A stretch of 59,063 bases of DNA, filler included, from Sphacelaria rigidula (GCA_964200075.2; 2 parts of 2 records of this genome joined end to end with filler, not necessarily neighbours in it); one strand, 5' to 3'. Numbered from the whole stretch's first letter, positions 38,729 through 52,026 are shown. The notes: generated by a model not told the origin, from the sequence alone. Numbers and translations: made by a program.

Positions 38729-39696
38729 GTTTGTACACCACGTAATCCAGAGTGACAAATGAAATGGAGGCGGTGTGGAAAACGCTAAAGCTATGGACAT
38801 ACGGGACAGTGCGACAATCGCCGAGGAAGGTGCAGCTCCTAGTTCCCTGGCGAGGATGACTATTGTCGTCTTCGGTCGAAGATGCTCTAGTCATCCTCCA
38901 GAGCTAGGCGCACTTCTCTTCTTTGATATAACACGTTGGGTAGATTAAAGATTGTCCCGTTTATACGTCCAACCTCGTTGCCCCTGATTCTCTAAGATGC
39001 CACAGCCGACTGTCTAGGGTCACAAGTTCCGACAAATGGAGGCAATACGGATTCTTCGGGCTCCGTCGCCCCATGCCACTGTCGAAGGGCATTTGCGGTA
39101 GTTTTGTGCATGTTGTGACGTAAGTTGGACCTGCACATACGATTGCGACTTCAAAGTAGGATCGATAGTCAGCGACAGCTGAAATGTGTACAGCAATGCA
39201 TTCGCCGTTAAAATTTCTCCCGCAGAAACGGTATCATGGGATGACGGTAATGCCATGGTTGGGGACCTCCTATTCTTAGAGATAAGTGGCCGACACCACC
39301 GATACTGCACGCACCCTTTCCTACGCTTTCGCCCACACTTCCGACACTATGGCCCACACTGTCGGTGGTGTCGCCGATTGAGTCGGGAAGTGTCGCCGAC
39401 AACAGCGATGCGGCCGACACGCCCGAACTTTCGGCGACACCGTCGGGGGAGCAATGTCGGAGGTGCCAGCGGCATCGCCAGAGACGTCGCTCACAGCGTC
39501 GTTTTTTTCGAAGGGTGTCGACCGGAGGTATAGGAACGTGTAGGTCAGACGTGTCGGAGCATGTCGGCCGAAGCGACATAGATTTTCGCGATGAGTCTGA
39601 CTGAAAAATTGACGCATGAAGTGTCGGTGACAGATTAAACATCTGGACCTCGTGTCCTCGTTGGCCTGCGTGGGTGTGTTGTTGGGAAAAAAACAG

Positions 39697-40080
39697 GAAT
39701 GCTACGATGATGCGATTACTTCAGCTGACGAGAATGGAATAATTCACGCGGATAGGTGCAAAGAACCAGTCAGCATGGGCCGACCACAGAACCAACAGCC
39801 GCCATCAACCGAACATAGCACTACCGGCAGCGACAAAGGTTCCGGCGAAGTATCCGCACAAATCTCGAAACGCAACCCGTCCGTTGTTGGCAATCCTTCA
39901 GTATCACCTGCCCGCGTCGCCACCACAACACGTGGTGCTAGCAACGCCAGTGGACTCTTGGGGTTAGACCCTTCAAGTGTCACGGCCATGCAACACAACT
40001 TTCTGGGTGTTTTCGCAGAGATGTGCGAAATTGCGAGGCCGAAGATCGCAGCTGAAGCGGTGATGACCAGCGCATGCAAG
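39697..40080 (+). CDS. Tandem-GAF protein exon (S/T-rich linker plus first helix of GAF-A)
   Basis: CAG|GAA...AAG|GT, 128 codons, ending NFLGVFAEMCEIARPKIAAEAVMTSACK in frame with the next exon. Confidence 0.65.
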
Positions 40081-40382
40081 GTGGGGTAGCGACGAGGAAG
40101 GATGGAAGTAATGTGTGGGTGGAATGAAATGGACACCGCGTGTTTTGAGCTCTCTGTGTCGAAGACATTTCTGCTTGAGTGGGTTCGCCGGTCGATCGTA
40201 CACGATGTTCTTCCAAGTGTATGGACACGATTCTCTCGAGAGCGCATGACCACAATTCCGGTGGGTTTCGCGCAACGGTCGGCACTGTGGCGCGTAATTT
40301 CACCATAATATCAAAATATCTGAAATCAGTCGACCAACCAAGTGATCAATTTGTGCAAAAATCACTTCCGTCTCCCACGAAG

Positions 40383-40445
40383 GCCCTCGGCACACGGAAG
40401 GCGTCATTGTTCAAGGCCGTACACAAGCCTGAAGGTTTGAGAGAG
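40383..40445 (+). CDS. Tandem-GAF protein exon (GAF-A, ALGTRKASLFKAVHKPEGLRE)
   Basis: AAG|GCC...GAG|GTGAGC, phase 0/0; corresponds to the GAF 'L.c.r.SLF' beta-1 motif. Confidence 0.7.
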
Positions 40446-41678
40446 GTGAGCATACTGCACGCGAGCGATTAGAAGCAACGTCTGAAAGGTGAAAAAAGTA
40501 TGTATCGAACATCGGTAGGACGTTTGCTGCAGGCAGAATGATTTTCCCGGCGTCGTCGGATAGTGTGCTCTTGTGCTGAGTGATGGGCAACTTTCCAAAA
40601 CGTTGTCAGATGTCGGTTCACGTTTCGAACGACCATCTCAAACTTTTGAAAATACTTCATCATGTTTAGAACGGTTCGCACAAACGCCACTAGATACCTG
40701 GGCAACTTGGAAGTTCCCCAAACACCATCAGATATCGTTGAAGTTAACGAGAGCGACTTTCCCAAACGTTGTCGAATGTCCGTAAAGCTCAAACAAAGTT
40801 TTCAAAATCTGGAAATAAATATTTCCGACAAGACCAGCGGTGCGAGATTTAGAAGTTGCGATGATGTTTGTAGTGGTGGTGGCAGACAGCAGTACGATTC
40901 CAGATAACAAGCATAGATGGTTCAGCGTCTAAGTATCTGACGTTCAGCGAGAATAGTATGTATGTAGTTACATCGATGGAAAACAACAACAAGAGCGTAA
41001 ATAAATGATACGAGCAGCGCTGCCCAGGGCGGCATCCACGTACGTTTCGATGTGCATACGCATACAGCATCATGGTAGATATCCACCAAGAATTGGTACA
41101 TATACATATATATACACACATATTTGGGCACAGACGAGGTACTAGCACCCATTATGCGCACATATGGTACGACAAAGTATTTCATACTGCAGTGACAATA
41201 ACTGAGTTCGGCATACTAAATACCTTTGGGGAAATCCTTGTCATGAATACAGATCTGCCCTGTTCTCTGCTCAGTGGAGAAACAATAATAGAACACGAGT
41301 GAACGAATAATTTTGAGCGTGTGAGGTACCTGTTGACTTGAAATCGAGTTGGTCCAAAATTGTCCATTGGGGCAAGTACAGCACACTTTCCCACACGCCG
41401 TTGGATGTTTCTTCGGGCTTACAACTGCTAGACCGAAGTTCGTTGGGCGTTGCTTTTGTATCAAGCCCACGACGATTGCTCACGCCACTGCTGGGACGTT
41501 GATTCATGTGGAGCATGGTCTGTCTCGAGAAAAAAGAGTGCAGCGCGCAGAACCTCTTCTCGTTGTCTTGCGTGTGGCGTAAACCCACAATATCACTAAT
41601 CTCATCAGCCGTTATGCGAACGAGACCAACCTTCTTCATCACTGGCTTGCCATATTTCACGGAAACTCGTGCATGTAG

Positions 41679-41998
41679 ATAGCCTGCGGCAACAGCGCGC
41701 GCACCGGTCGTACCGTCAAGCCAGGGGAAGGTATTGTCGGCAGGACGGCTTTTGAAAATACTGGCGCGCTTTTTGTAGCAGATCCGAAAAAGAACGAGGC
41801 GTTCTCGCCCGCTGTAGATATTCCCAGGGACAGGGGGAATTCGGCCACTGATCTTGGATCGTGCAGCAACGAAGCTAGCGCTGGACTGATGTGCGGACCT
41901 GTGAAGGACGGTGTTGGTGGGGTGTGGGGTGTGTTGGTTGTGGCGGGCCCCGGTGGAAACGACGGAGCCGTTGGAGAGGAATGCATGAACACTTTCAA
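41679..41998 (+). CDS. Tandem-GAF protein exon (GAF-A core)
   Basis: TAG|ATA...AA|GTAAG; encodes TVKPGEGIVGRTAFENTGALFVADPKKNEAFSPAVD...LMCGPVKDGVGGVWGVLVV. Absent from the ORF track on this strand because it has no start codon. Confidence 0.85.
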
Positions 41999-42285
41999 GT
42001 AAGTTTTTGTGTGTTTTCGAGCGGGGGTTGGGTGAGGGGGGGGAGCGGTGGTCGACTCTCTCTTCAATAATCAGCCCGTGACTGTAATGGGTTGAGTGTC
42101 ATTTGTAAGACGAGACTCGCTGGCCGATCATTGGTCGTTGAGGACCGTACTACGGGGTTACCGTACGCGGGACACTCAGATAGCAGCGTTCGTCTTCCTG
42201 TGTCTGTATCGCGCAACCGTATCCCCATCGCTCATACGCAGCTGACGCCGTGCGACGATCCTCGATACCTACTCCGAACCGATAG

Positions 42286-42409
42286 GGGGCTGTTAGATAT
42301 TATTGGGATTGCAATGCGCAACTCCGAGGCATTCAGTCTGAAGGAGAGAGCAGGGGACAAATTCCACAACATGTTGGAGGTCATCGAGGCGACCAGTGGC
42401 GACCTTGGG
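42286..42409 (+). CDS. Tandem-GAF protein exon (inter-GAF helix)
   Basis: TAG|G GGG CTG...GGG|GTGAGT, phase 2/0; GLLDIIGIAMRNSEAFSLKERAGDKFHNMLEVIEATSGDLG. Confidence 0.85.
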
Positions 42410-43210
42410 GTGAGTGCTTCGTAAGCCCAGACTTTGCTCCTACAGTGAACCCCTTCCCTCCCTCCCCCGGCCAGCGCCCCGGTCTTCGTCCTCCACCATG
42501 TACTGTAGCCACATCAACATCAAGGCGCCACGACAGTAAGGACATTGTTGTACGAGGTAGAAAGATCTCATATAACAGTGTAAAAAGGTGGTGAGCTCTC
42601 GACAGACACTTGTGGTAATGTGCCCCTTCTATTCGGTAGCACGCACATCACCTCCCCTTTCATAAGACTTTTAGAGCGTTTTTTGCGACAAGAAGAGCCC
42701 TGTATAGGTTCCTTGTTTTGCCCTCTGGTGTTGCACATTGTTACATGTGCCTCCTGTGTGTTTTAGCTCAAGTTAACAACATCGGGAGAAGATGCAGTCG
42801 TGACTGGTGAGCTCCGCGCTCCTCCTCAACTTGTCTCTACTTGTGCTTCACGTTTGAACGTTTTCGTTATCGCAGAGATTGGACCTGGACTCTAACCGGG
42901 AATCTCGTAGTATTGAGCAATTAAGTTATCGGTTATCTCTTCGTTCCCCCGATGTGAAAATGTAAGGAGCTCTCAGAGAGGACTTGAGGCAATACACTTA
43001 TTCTATGAGATAGCATCAGCAATAGCGGCAATGCTAAGCGCTGAGGGTCATGCGTTCTCAGGCAACGACGAGATACGCTAGCCTTGACTCTACCACGAGG
43101 GCAACATAATCAAACGAACAAGTTCCCGAGCAACGTTTTTGGCGAATCGGCTATCGAACGATTGCATCCGCTGATAACCCTACTGGGACGTCCCGCGGAA
43201 AACAATTTAG

Positions 43211-43387
43211 GTAAATCACCTGCTGTACACGATTGCCAAGTGCTTACCTGTCATCTGCGACGCGCAAAAGTGCACGGCTTTCGTCGTGGACGACGACAAA
43301 GATGAGCTGTGGGCGATACAGGGCGAGGTGAACATTCGTGTCCCCAAGAGCAAGGGCATCGTGGGCGCCGTTGCTACCAAGGGAGAA
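43211..43387 (+). CDS. Tandem-GAF protein exon (GAF-B N-half)
   Basis: TTTAG|GTA...GAA|GTGAGT, 59 codons: VNHLLYTIAKCLPVICDAQKCTAFVVDDDKDELWAIQGEVNIRVPKSKGIVGAVATKGE. Confidence 0.92.
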
Positions 43388-44586
43388 GTGAGTGTCTAGA
43401 GAGGTGCGGTATTACCATTATGCAACATCGAGCGGCGTGTCGTGGTACTTGTTGAAGCGCTTGCTTGCTTGCCATCAGTCACTGATACTCGTGTGCGCTC
43501 CCTCCTCACGCATAGTATCGAGAGTGTAGAGTCGACGTCTGTGAGATATGTAGTGCGCTTGCTTGCGGAGTGCGTACGCAGTCATGACACTAGCTCACGC
43601 GGTACAGGTTGTTCCCACAACCGAGAATAAACATGCGCTTCTGGCGATTTTTCGCTTGAGGTCGGAAAAGTTAGGACCTGCAGTTCTGAGTTGAGAAATG
43701 CGTCGACCACTCGAAGGGCACCATCCGTCATGTCTTTTTTAATCTTATTTTGTGTTCGAGGTTGGATCTACTGAAGGGAGTGTGCAAAGGAAAGATCCGA
43801 TGCCATCTACAGAATGAAAACAAATGATGAAAAACACAATTGATGGTGCCCTTTGAATGGTACATGACCTCTCGTCTCAAACGTTCAGCCCCAAGGACGT
43901 AGAAATCCGATACACTAGTGTTTCATCGTTTTTACAGATTATTCTTTTCGAGCAATGATTACTTAGGAGCCGAAACAGGCATCGTTGTTCCTGCCTCGGT
44001 GTCAGCTACACATACATGCCCACCAACTTTCGGCGCAATCGACCAATAATTCGAATATCTTTATTCTCGTGCCAAATCGGCAGCAACGGGTACCACCACG
44101 AGGCCGAATTTGGTTCGTGTAAGAATGATGTAAGTAACTCGATGACCGATCAGAGCGTGCGACCCACTCCGGTTCTGCTATATGGTTGCACAGAACCTGC
44201 TTGCTTTTTTACTTTTTGCTGATGTCCGTTCTATTTCCGTCGAAGACACCCATTTGTGCTAGGTAGGAGAACCACCCTGTAGAGCTAATAATATACCCCG
44301 AATACACGTTTCATCTCGGCGATCCAACTACACACCACTGTCATTCTCGTAGTGATGGCGACGGACCCTCTCCCCGTGGACCGAAAAATCGCAACGTTCA
44401 CCACCAAAGACCAACTCGGGCTACGACCACGGTGTCACCATCTGGATCTATCGTAGACTAGCCTTGCTGCTGCAAGTTGTTCAAGTCCACTCATGAGCGT
44501 ACCCTTCCTCTAAATCTAAGCCCACAGCATAAACTACCCCCAAACACCACGTCCCTATTCCGGTCAAATTCACGAACGTGGTGAAG

Positions 44587-44705
44587 GCGGAAAACATCTT
44601 TGACGTGTACGCAGACCCACGGTTCAACAGAGAGGTTGATGTGGCCACGGGCTTCCGGACACATTCGATTCTTGCGATGCCCGTCAGAGGAGGCGAGGAA
44701 AACAA
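44587..44705 (+). CDS. Tandem-GAF protein exon (GAF-B middle)
   Basis: AAG|GCG...[40 protein letters not shown], a classic PDE-type GAF signature. Confidence 0.92.
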
Positions 44706-45073
44706 GTAAGAGGGGACGAAAGGAATTGTGCGGGCTAAGCAGTATAGGCAAATGGGCAATTTCGGGGATTAAAAGTGCGCTGGATGACGCACTGACTAGT
44801 CAAGGACAACAAATCATGGCTTCCTGCCGCCGTGCATTTCTGCGTGGGCTACGTGCAGGTACTCGCAACACGACTGTTTTGGTCACGCGATATGTGTGAA
44901 AGACAGTCTTAGCCTCAAGGTTGGAATCAGGGGGCGACGAATCTCACGCTCACAACCCTCCTTTTCTCCTCCCCCGCAACCATCACCGTTTGTGCACATC
45001 CAAAACATGTTCCCTTTTTTTCGGTTCCCAAAACATGTTCCCCGTTGGAATCAACCACAACCACACTCGAAAG

Positions 45074-45278
45074 AGTGATCGCGGTGGTGCAGCTAATCAA
45101 TAAACAGGGTGTAGGTATCAATGACGGATCAATCCCCGATCCGACCAAAGCGTCTTGCGAAGCGGCGGAAGGAATTCACTTCACAGAACAGGACGAGGCG
45201 ATCATCGGCACCTTCCTTGGACTGCTCGGACCCCCAATATTTCAAAGTAGCATTTTCCAGCGGTCGATCAGCGTTAAG
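45074..45278 (+). CDS. Tandem-GAF protein exon (GAF-B C-half)
   Basis: AAG|A GTG...AAG|GTGAGC; VIAVVQLINK...FTEQDE (NKFDE motif). Confidence 0.92.
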
Positions 45279-45439
45279 GTGAGCGAGAGACGAGATATAG
45301 CATGGATTGGGCACATCGGACTTGCTGCATTGTAGCTGTGCGCGCGAGCACCACGCTCTACGAAGAATAGCCTAGGCCCCTCACAGAAAGTGGATGTGTT
45401 TCGTTGACCGAACGGTAGTGCTCACGGTCTCCCATTATC

Positions 45440-45705
45440 GTGCAAGCTCCACCTGAGGTTTGAATACCCATCTGAGACATCCATCTGGAAGGATCCCAGG
45501 TCCATCAAGAGAATTCGACTGGAATATGGACGCCCATCTCGAAGATCCACGTGGTACCTGAAGATCCATTTGGGACGTCGTATGGGATCTGAGGTCCATC
45601 TGGGATGTTCAACTGACAAATTCAACTGAGATGTACATCTGAGACCTCGCCTACAACTGCGGAACTCATCTGAGACTTCACATCCCGATCCAGGATGTTC
45701 ATCTC
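45440..45705 (+). repeat. Degenerate CCATCTGAGA-motif minisatellite in an intron
   Basis: Recurrent CCATCTG/CATCTGAGAC/GATCCA motifs at short spacing. Confidence 0.55.
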
Positions 45706-46054
45706 TGCGTAGCCGGCACGACGCTCTTTCAGCGCGCGCCGACCAGAATGTTTGCCCTACCAGCGCGCACTGTGCTGTCGTCTGCCGGCACTCACTTGTC
45801 GGGATGTATGACCTACCTGTGCACACCATACGGCGTTCCACTAGCCCGAGCTAGCCCATATGCACAAGAGGCTGCACAGCGCTCAAACAGGCTGGGTGGT
45901 CAATCCTACGTGATCGTATTCTGGGAAGCGAACTCCTGGCAGGACAAAACACAAAAAGTACACGCATGAAGCTGAGAGCTTGTTCCACCTAAGGCTGAGC
46001 GCCCATGCGATGTCCTGACAATCCAACCGCCACGTTACCCAATGCACCACGCAG

Positions 46055-46213
46055 GTGCGCAGGAATGTCGAAAGTTCCAACGAAGAAGCGTTTCCTGACT
46101 CCCAACTTAGGGTGGCGAGACTCAGGTCCACCACTTCACTGCGCGCTGTTGTCGTGCAAGAGGAAGGTGACGAAGAGGGCGAGGAGGAGGACGGCGGAGG
46201 AGAGGGGGGATAA
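46055..46213 (+). CDS. Probable last exon of the tandem-GAF gene (acidic tail, TAA stop)
   Basis: GCAG|GTG CGC...; VRRNVESSNEEAFPDSQLRVARLRSTTSLRAVVVQEEGDEEGEEEDGGGEGG*, phase 0 compatible. Confidence 0.65.
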   Translation: MRRNVESSNEEAFPDSQLRVARLRSTTSLRAVVVQEEGDEEGEEEDGGGEGG

Positions 46214-48466
46214 TTTCTCAACGAACGTACCACCGGCTAGGTCGTCAGCCCCACAGCAGTAGCGGGCGGCTGTTGGAGATTTTCAACAAACCGTCGGTCT
46301 GCGTGCAGCGCTGCATCGTATACTTGAAGCCTTTGAATGTGAACAAATAATCGACGACTGGGGTTAATATCCTGTGTATCACAGTAATACTAATGGAATG
46401 ACACACACCATCAAGAGATCGACCGCCCTCAGGTTGAAGGGGCCAGGATGACTCTTGAATGGGTTTTCCTCTATTTTTCCCCGTCGACAATCCGCACCGA
46501 GAACGCACTCGAACGCAACCACATCACAGGCCACAAAAAATGTGATTTCAAGTAAGCAGGCACACGTGCAACGCACGTGACCGAAGGTTCCGCCTGTACT
46601 ACGCCAAGTACTGAGATCAAGGACGCACATCGCTCGCTGTCCATGGTGGATCGCCAGTGCAATGCACTATAGGAGCAACGATTCCGCGATATGGGAACGC
46701 TATGCCTCCATTAATCTAGTTGCATGCCTTGCAAAATTGGTCTCGCGGGGAGTATGCCGAATCCAACCCGGGTTGACCACTAGGTCGAGTCCCCCGACCC
46801 TTCTCGTGTCTCACATCAATGGAAACATCTTCTGTGGCACTGTCCCAGGCCTGGGTAAATCTTCACAGCTGCAGGATTGAGCTTCAAATCCAAACTAGTC
46901 TGTATCTTTCATCACCACTGACAGAGCACGGATCACAGAAATTCACATTTGTGTAGTGTATTCACGGAGTTAGTCTGGATTTTTTAGCGGCTATTTGTGA
47001 TCTTCACTCGATCAAAACTCCGAGGATTGGTAAGCGTTGGTGGGAAAAAAGGGTCCTTGACACGACACATGGAGTCCGTCTGATTCGTAATTGACAGATG
47101 CAAACCGAGTTTTTCAACTCCGGATACCCGCGATCCGTGCCCTTTCCAATCCCGCCGATTTGGGTAATAATGGGGATACAGTACTGCACTACCAGTCGGT
47201 CCATTCACCAACCCGTCGATGGTCGGTAGTAGTCGCATGGCCGGCATTAGGGTCTGATATATATTTTGACGTTTTGTCTCGAGAAGCTCGAATTGACTCC
47301 AGGTTGGCGCATGGCCTACTAAGGATGTGCATACGTAGTCTAGCGCATTGCGCTGGACACGGAATAGTGTCCATACGACGTCTACAACACTGAATGCATA
47401 CAGTATTTGTCCCAAAAGCTATCAATCAATAGATCCGGATATCCGCCAAACATATCTATACGCGATTCTTATCCAGGTAAATTGCTAAAACCCATGGAAA
47501 TCTGATCAGACATAATTTCCAGCCACGGAGGACATGTCTAGGCAGTACGGGGTATGAATCCGTTTGGTGGTGTTTGCAGCCGTAGCGCAAATGAATAGCT
47601 AGAAATTGAAAAAAACGAAGCATAAGACTGTAGGCCGGGACGCTGTATTACGAATAAGGAACCACCTCCTGGGGGCGCATACTTGTAGGACTTCCGAAGA
47701 CCGGTTCAGTTCAACAGTCCTAGGACGTTCAGTTTTTTATATTTTTCTGTTGGATACTACTGTAACATTTCTCACTGCCAATTCTTGGGATCAACTAGTC
47801 ACCGTCATGAGCCTCGATCACCGGAAACGTGAAATGAAACGCCGTCGGTTGAAAGTATTTGTTCAGACGTCAACAACTTACAACTGCAGTCTTCGGGCTA
47901 TGTCTCTCTCTTCTATGGACGGGCGTTTGTTTGCTGGCTGTGTTTGATTTTCGTCACAAAACTATCCTCAGCCGGGCGGTAGCCCGGGGCGGAGGACAGG
48001 TGAAGGGGGAAAGTCGGTCGTTGTTTCTCCTTCGTTTCCTTTCTTGTCCCTCCCTTTGTTATGCCTTTCTATACGTTTCTTTTGTTCACCCTCGCCGTTC
48101 TTTCTCTCCTCCAGTTTACTTCGTATTCTTCCCCCTTTTTGTTCATCGCTCTCCTTTTTCTCGATTTCTGTTTGGCAAGTACTTCCGTTCGTTTACCTTG
48201 ATTTACGTCTATCTCATCACCACTGGTGGATTTGTGGCGGACCCGTCGATGTGTTTTTCCTTATTTGTCGCACTTTGAACCCCTCCCCTTCCACAAGGGA
48301 TCATCCCATCTCTCCCCGGTACACGCCTTGCTTTTTGGTCTCGCGGGTTGAGCCAGCACTCCCGCACGGCGTCAACTCACGTCAAACAAACTCAGTGGAT
48401 TACTTTATTTACTCACGTTCTCACGCTTTCCACGGTGGAAATCAGATATTACGAAGAAAAAACCCA

Positions 48467-48537
48467 ACGCATCGGGAATCGAACCCTTGTTCTCTCAACT
48501 CCAATGACGACAGTCGGACCATTACACCACCCGGGCG
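48467..48537 (-). mobile_element. tRNA-derived SINE head (Pol III A and B boxes)
   Basis: Minus strand has A box TGGTGTAATGG (48519-48529) and B box GGTTCGATTCC (about 48475-48485) at tRNA-like spacing; no convincing acceptor or anticodon stems. Confidence 0.65.
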
Positions 48538-49759
48538 CGGCATGTGCGACGGAAAAATTGAAAACCAACCAGATATGCGCACACGAAATAGCAGCTACCG
48601 ACTCTAGGTTCGTCGATATCGTGCGTAGCGCAAACAGGCTACTAGTCCGAGAGAGAACTCGGGTCTCCTTGGGAACTAACAATCTCTCGTCGACATCACC
48701 TAGGAGACCGGGGTAACGGACCCTCAGGAACGTCAGAATCGTGCTCGTCACAAATAAATAGTACACGTTGGTGTTGACGCTACAGCACGACATTTCTCCT
48801 TTGCGTTTGCACAATCAGTGTTCAAATGAAAGCTAGGGGAGGATCGATGCCAAACCACGACAGCTAAAGTTGTACACACGCATGCAGCATCTGAAAATTT
48901 TCGTGACACGTACATGATTTCGCACTCTTAGTAGCAATGAGAATGGAATAAAAGGGTGCTCTGCAGATCCGTCTTCTTTCAAAACGATTTAAATGCCCGG
49001 GCGAAACTCGTCACCACACCGTCTTGCTCAGGCACTTGACAGATTGCTCACTTGCACCTCACGATATCCCAATTGCGGCAATACGGTAGTCGTGCTTCAA
49101 GCACGACTACCCTGAAAGCAATCAAAACACCGCACACAGTCGCCGGTGCGGGTGACCGGTCTGCCAATTGAGTGGCACACGCCTCCGTCACCGCGAACCC
49201 TCTCCTCCCTTCCATTTTCAGTCATAAACGTAACGAGGGACATAAACAGACGCAGCTTCTGTGTCCAAAGACTTGAGGAATACAACACCGCGGAACCGCC
49301 AACGAGCACGAATCGAAATAGCACGTACTACATTCTGCTCTCCCGAGACGAAACACGTGATGAACAACTGGCGACCCATGCCGTTTGCCTTTGAGCATGG
49401 AGTGGTACTGTTGGTGCTATACTGTGGTGGGTGCAATCATGCACTGCTTGACCACATTACACGGCAGTCTCTACGGTTTTAGTGTGATAACATTTCGTCA
49501 CTAGGAGCCTGCGCGCAAGCACCGCGGGACGGAGCAAACCAAGCTCAAGATTTGGCGCGTATATCAGTATGGTGCCCCATGCACATGAGGTTCAGCAGAA
49601 TAGACTATGACATGAGCCAGCTGCCCAGAAGACCAGCGAGGACTGAGGACAACACCGCCTGATAGATAAGTGCAACGGGGAAAATGGGGGTGGGGCAGGT
49701 GTGAGTACAGTGAATCGTAACACATCCAGTAGTAGGTCAGTGGCATATATATGGCCTGT

Positions 49760-50120
49760 ATTGATTAATTGAGTGATTGATTGATCGATTGTCCTACATT
49801 AACTGATCCCTGGTGAGCCAGGTGTGGTCGCATGATGAGCGTGCGTTAAGGACATGAAAACGAACCGGAAACACTCGTTGAAGAAAAATGGAAGGAAAAC
49901 ACAAAGGTAAAGTAGACAAACAGAGTAGACTAAGAAAAAAAAAAAGGAGAGAGAATAGAACAAAACAAGGATAGGACAAAGACAGAACAAAACAAGAAAA
50001 CTATAAATTGCTTCGGTGGGGAAAAGGTCCTGCGCGAAAATCGTTGTATAGTCAAAACCGGAACTAATGCCACAAGACAACACACCGTAGCGAACAGGTG
50101 GCGTTTCAAGGTACAATCCT
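49760..50120 (-). mobile_element. Probable 3' end of a non-LTR retroelement (LINE/SINE) with (CAAT)n-type tail
   Basis: Minus strand shows a pyrimidine-rich tract, then a structured end ...CACACCTGGCTCACCAGGGATCAGTTAATGTAGGA, followed by a degenerate CAAT microsatellite tail. No coding homology visible. Confidence 0.4.
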
Positions 50121-51482
50121 TCACATGCGTTTTGATGTCCTTAACGAGCGAAGTCGTGAGGCCAAAAAAACGCACATCGAATAAGTCATCTCTTCCATTT
50201 TTTCGGGACCGGTACATCGAATAGGTTAGCCTAGCCAAATCGTTTTTCTTCACGCCCCATTTTCTTTTTTTTCCTCCCTCTTCTATTTCCCTTTTGCATC
50301 TTACTCCGTTCTCTTTTCCTTTTTCATAGTCCCCCTTCCTCGCGTCTCTTTACAGCCTACAGTCTGGCTGTTCCCACAACCTTAAAAGCGGCAATATTCG
50401 TATTTCCGGCGATTCCTTACGCGACGATGGCAAGACCTGAAAGCTTGAGGGAGGTTCACACCAACCATTTGAAGGTCGCCATGGTTCATTTGACCGAGTT
50501 CCTGCTGAAAAAATCTGCCAACAGTTCAGGGAATAGAAAAATGAAGGAACAAAACTACAGTAATGATGCCCTTTAACTCGTCGGTGCACACCTCTTCTCA
50601 AAATTTCAGGTCTCAACTTTCAAACCTCGCGTGAGGAATCCAAGATACATTTCTAAGGGCTTGGAAATCTCATGCACTCTTGGGCGACACTGCCGAACGA
50701 CGACGGGTTGAGTGTCGGAACAAGTATTTTAGTTTCTTCTCTTCGTATCACAATCGAGCAAAGACCGAGGCATGTTGATTATGTATCAAGCCCCCCCAAA
50801 CTGCCGCCACCGGGCCGTAACGGATATGACGGGGTATAGTTTGAAATGATAACAGTGCCCGAAATGTCAATGAGACCGGGTGGTTGCAAGCTAGTAGGAA
50901 ACAGCATGTTTCGCTGCTGATCGACCTGTTTCCCCCCCAAAACACATTCTTGTCTCAAGTGGTGGGACCATCCTATACCGAGTGCTTCCGCGTACTGTAT
51001 TCCACCTTGGTTACGTCTCTCACGTCTCTCTCGTCACCACGACTGAACTCTCAGCGGATCAGTTAATATTCACGCACGGCAGTCAATGCATCCAGACCAA
51101 TCAGCCGTCAGAAAGCGATACAAAAGGGCGGACAGAGGGAACGGCCACTTGCCATGCCGCAAACGAACGAAAAACGAAGAGTGCAACATACATGGGATGG
51201 ACGTGGTGACTGGCGGGGGTCGCTGCCGTATTGCTATGTATGGCAACACTTTGATATTCGTGCAGCTAAGCTGTACACAATACTTCCGGACACAGAACAA
51301 GAAAATAAAATAGCATGGCAAAGCAAGGCACAGAACGGCACTGCCGAGTCTACCTGCAGAGGTACTCACCGTGAGTGAACGCCTATGCGTTCATAATCAC
51401 GCACCACCCTCAATGACAAGGTCTCAGGGTTTGGAGGCTGTCAAGCACCCGACATTTGATCTTCCCTTTCCTCTCTCCTTAC

Positions 51483-51594
51483 CGATACCACGTTGACTTG
51501 TTCGTTGCTCAGGATATCACAGCCGCATATCAGCTCCAACTCTTCCTTCGCTACAACGACCGCCGTTGGCTTCTCCACGATAAGTTTGCGATTC
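51483..51594 (-). CDS. TMEM19: TMEM19/DUF92 family membrane protein exon (C-terminal)
   Basis: CAG|G AAT...TCG|GTAAGG; ICGCDILSNEQVNVVS matches the DUF92 'G..ILxN..VN' motif. The final exon was not resolved. Confidence 0.85.
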
Positions 51595-52026
51595 CTGCGA
51601 ATAATTTTGACGAGAGATGGGCACAGGAAAAGGAGCATGAGCTAACGAACCGTTTTCACACCTAGACCGCAAAGCCGGCTGATAGTCAGTAGACTGACTC
51701 TTTGCAGTGTTGTACCCGGTTCGCTCGGCCGCCGATCTCTTGGGGTGCCGTTTGACAACACCTATGCTCCACAAGCGAAGACAACCACCTCGGGGTCACG
51801 GTAGCTACTTTCATGCGCCGCTGCTCAAGACACGGGGATATATCTTCCTGGGGGACAACACGGGTATCCATTTTCTGGTCGCCCTCGCGTGTGAGAGATA
51901 ACTTCCAAGATATGTGTCCTGTTTATAGGGAAAGACGCCAGATCAATACGTCGTATACCTAACCGAGTCCCTGCCGACGACGCCACCGTAACCCTCGCCG
52001 CGGAAGCAGAACAAATTATAACTCAC

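Noticed and set aside
42767-42806. Small AG...GTGAG-bounded segment that could be an extra GAF-gene exon
   Set aside because: The flanking exons (ending 42409, starting 43211) join in phase 0 and give a continuous GAF sequence; including this segment would shift the frame.
48467-48537. Functional tRNA gene
   Set aside because: A and B boxes are present but I could not build a cloverleaf with proper acceptor and anticodon stems; treated as a SINE head.
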